Shown in pieces: positions 56,708 to 58,058 of a DNA stretch of 58,058 nt. The position numbers and the translations under genes are program-made. Where the stretch lies: IMG/VR virus record IMGVR_UViG_3300009169_000026, positions 1-58,058 of that record. One strand, 5' to 3'. The notes beneath the pieces were generated by a model that was given only the letters and a program-made list of their open reading frames with translations, searched no databases and had not been told where the DNA came from. Within the stretch, counting starts at the first letter, position 1. The number at the start of each line of letters is the position of its first letter. This DNA is from a virus. Its lineage: Duplodnaviria; Caudoviricetes.

Positions 56708-57193
56708 TCAATGTCCATTTCCGGTTGTCTTTTGGATGCGGTCATACATGTCTTCCTCCGTGAAGGTTTCTTCAACCTGGTCCTCGGTTGCATTAGACAC
56801 AAGCTCCGCAAGCTTAAGAATCTGGTCATTTGCCTTGGACATGCGCTCCATGTATCTTGAGAGATTTTGTCCATGAATAGCATGTTCGCTTGGATTGGAG
56901 TGCACGAAGGCATAGAGGTCTGACCACATGACATAGGCGTTCTTGCGGTCCTGAACGGCGTTCTCATAGATTTGCTTCCACAGCGCCTTCTGTTTATCCT
57001 CAATTGAGGAGATGCTCGCCAGGAGCCCGGAGAAGTCCTCTAGCTGTTGATTGATCTTGTCATCCAGGCCATCAATGTCAACAGGTTTGAAAGTAGCCCT
57101 GTCAGAAGATAGGGTTGGTTCGTCGTCTGGCAACTGCGGCGGAAAGGAAGGTAGCTGCTGTTGGTATGGTTTTGTTTTCTTTGTTGCCATCAC
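56708..57193 (-). CDS. hypothetical helical protein
   Basis: LWKQIYENA..DR, YMERMSKANDQILKLAEL. Confidence 0.75.
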   Translation of the reverse strand: MMATKKTKPYQQQLPSFPPQLPDDEPTLSSDRATFKPVDIDGLDDKINQQLEDFSGLLASISSIEDKQKALWKQIYENAVQDRKNAYVMWSDLYAFVHSNPSEHAIHGQNLSRYMERMSKANDQILKLAELVSNATEDQVEETFTEEDMYDRIQKTTGNGH

Positions 57194-57205
57194 ACTCTAA
57201 TTAGT

Positions 57206-58058
57206 ATGGATATGCCACAAGTCTACATCCACCTCACAGACAAAGAGGGAGCCCTGGGGATACAAAAATCAGGGAAACTCTGGGCGAGTTCATTCGTTGA
57301 AGGCGTGTATGCCATCCCTGTCGGCGGGCGCTTTGTTCCTGGCGTTCAAATGACAAAACTTGGTCGGGCAAAGTCAAGGCTGGTGGCGGTCTATTTTATC
57401 ACGCCAGAACTGCCAGACTATTGCGTCCCTGAGGAGTGCGTTTGGAAACAAGAGGAAATTCCTGTTGTCGTTACCAAAATCACAAATGCCGTCAGAGCCC
57501 GTGAAGACCTTGACGGCAGCATACCCACCCTAAACCCTGATCAGTGGAATGAGCGGCTTTTAATAAAGACCAAGGAGATACCTGACCCATCCAACCCACC
57601 TGACTTTCTCATTGACGAAATGAAGGCCTTGGTTGAGTCTCTTGTGGAAAATGCCCTTTTGGGATTGTCTTAGGAGCTTGAGGAGGCGGCACGGAGCCCC
57701 GAGCACGCTGCCCAAGCCAATTTAGCCCTATATGGCACCTTTTTGGGGGATCGAATTTCCCTTTATCTCTTTGACAAGAACAAGCTAACAACATTCGTTG
57801 AGCTGCGAGACCTTCTTCGAGAATCCAATGCAGAGTTCAGCAAGAGACTTCCCGAGGTCTTGCCTCCCGACATGGTAGGAAAAATAACAACCTCTGACCA
57901 AGTTAAAGCCTATGCTGAGCAGCTTTTGGGAGAGATTCTGATGGGTTCCATTGCGGCGTCAGAGGCCTTTGAAAAAACACCTGACGGTGACAGGGTTTGG
58001 AGGATAACACAGTCCTCTGCCGAAAAGGGCTTTGGACCCCTCATGTATGAAGCCGTTA
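57206..58058 (+). CDS. ART-like (+GNAT-like) multidomain protein, in-frame TAG at 57671-57673, runs off window
   Basis: YIHLT..I.KSGKL..GVY..EECVW; same frame stays open 128 codons after TAG (ELEEAA..SAEKGFGPLMYE). Confidence 0.6.

Noticed and set aside
1-58058. Genome-wide stop codon reassignment (suggested by the RF gene and the in-frame TAG)
   Set aside because: Long core genes are intact in code 11, TAA/TAG/TGA all end genes, and no CTA or TCA suppressor tRNA was found
1-58058. CRISPR array
   Set aside because: No regularly spaced direct repeats seen

Overview
58 kb segment of a large (jumbo-type) myovirus-like phage genome, almost all on the minus strand, standard genetic code. The left ~18 kb is an accessory, translation-focused region. 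It holds 19 recognisable tRNAs, four non-canonical tRNA-like elements, a tmRNA (tag ANDSTYALAA), several unexplained structured RNAs including a ~450-nt pseudoknotted candidate, an Rnl2/DRB0094-type RNA ligase, a NUDT16-like Nudix hydrolase, a Zn deaminase, amidoligase plus gamma-glutamylcyclotransferase, two HNH nucleases and many small ORFs, driven by seven exactly spaced sigma70-like promoters. The main finding is a release factor split across two frames at CTT-TGA-C, the prfB +1 frameshift motif. The joined 227-aa protein carries an RF1-type PxT loop and GGQ but lacks domain 1. The middle holds terminase large subunit, a fused Mre11-Rad50 (SbcD-SbcC), primase, an amino-MTase, a RuvC-like resolvase and a gp4-like nuclease. 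The right ~30 kb is a baseplate/tail structural block with two kinase-fold paralogs, ending in an ART-like ORF interrupted by an in-frame amber codon. All calls come from reading motifs and pairings by eye; no database search or folding program was run.
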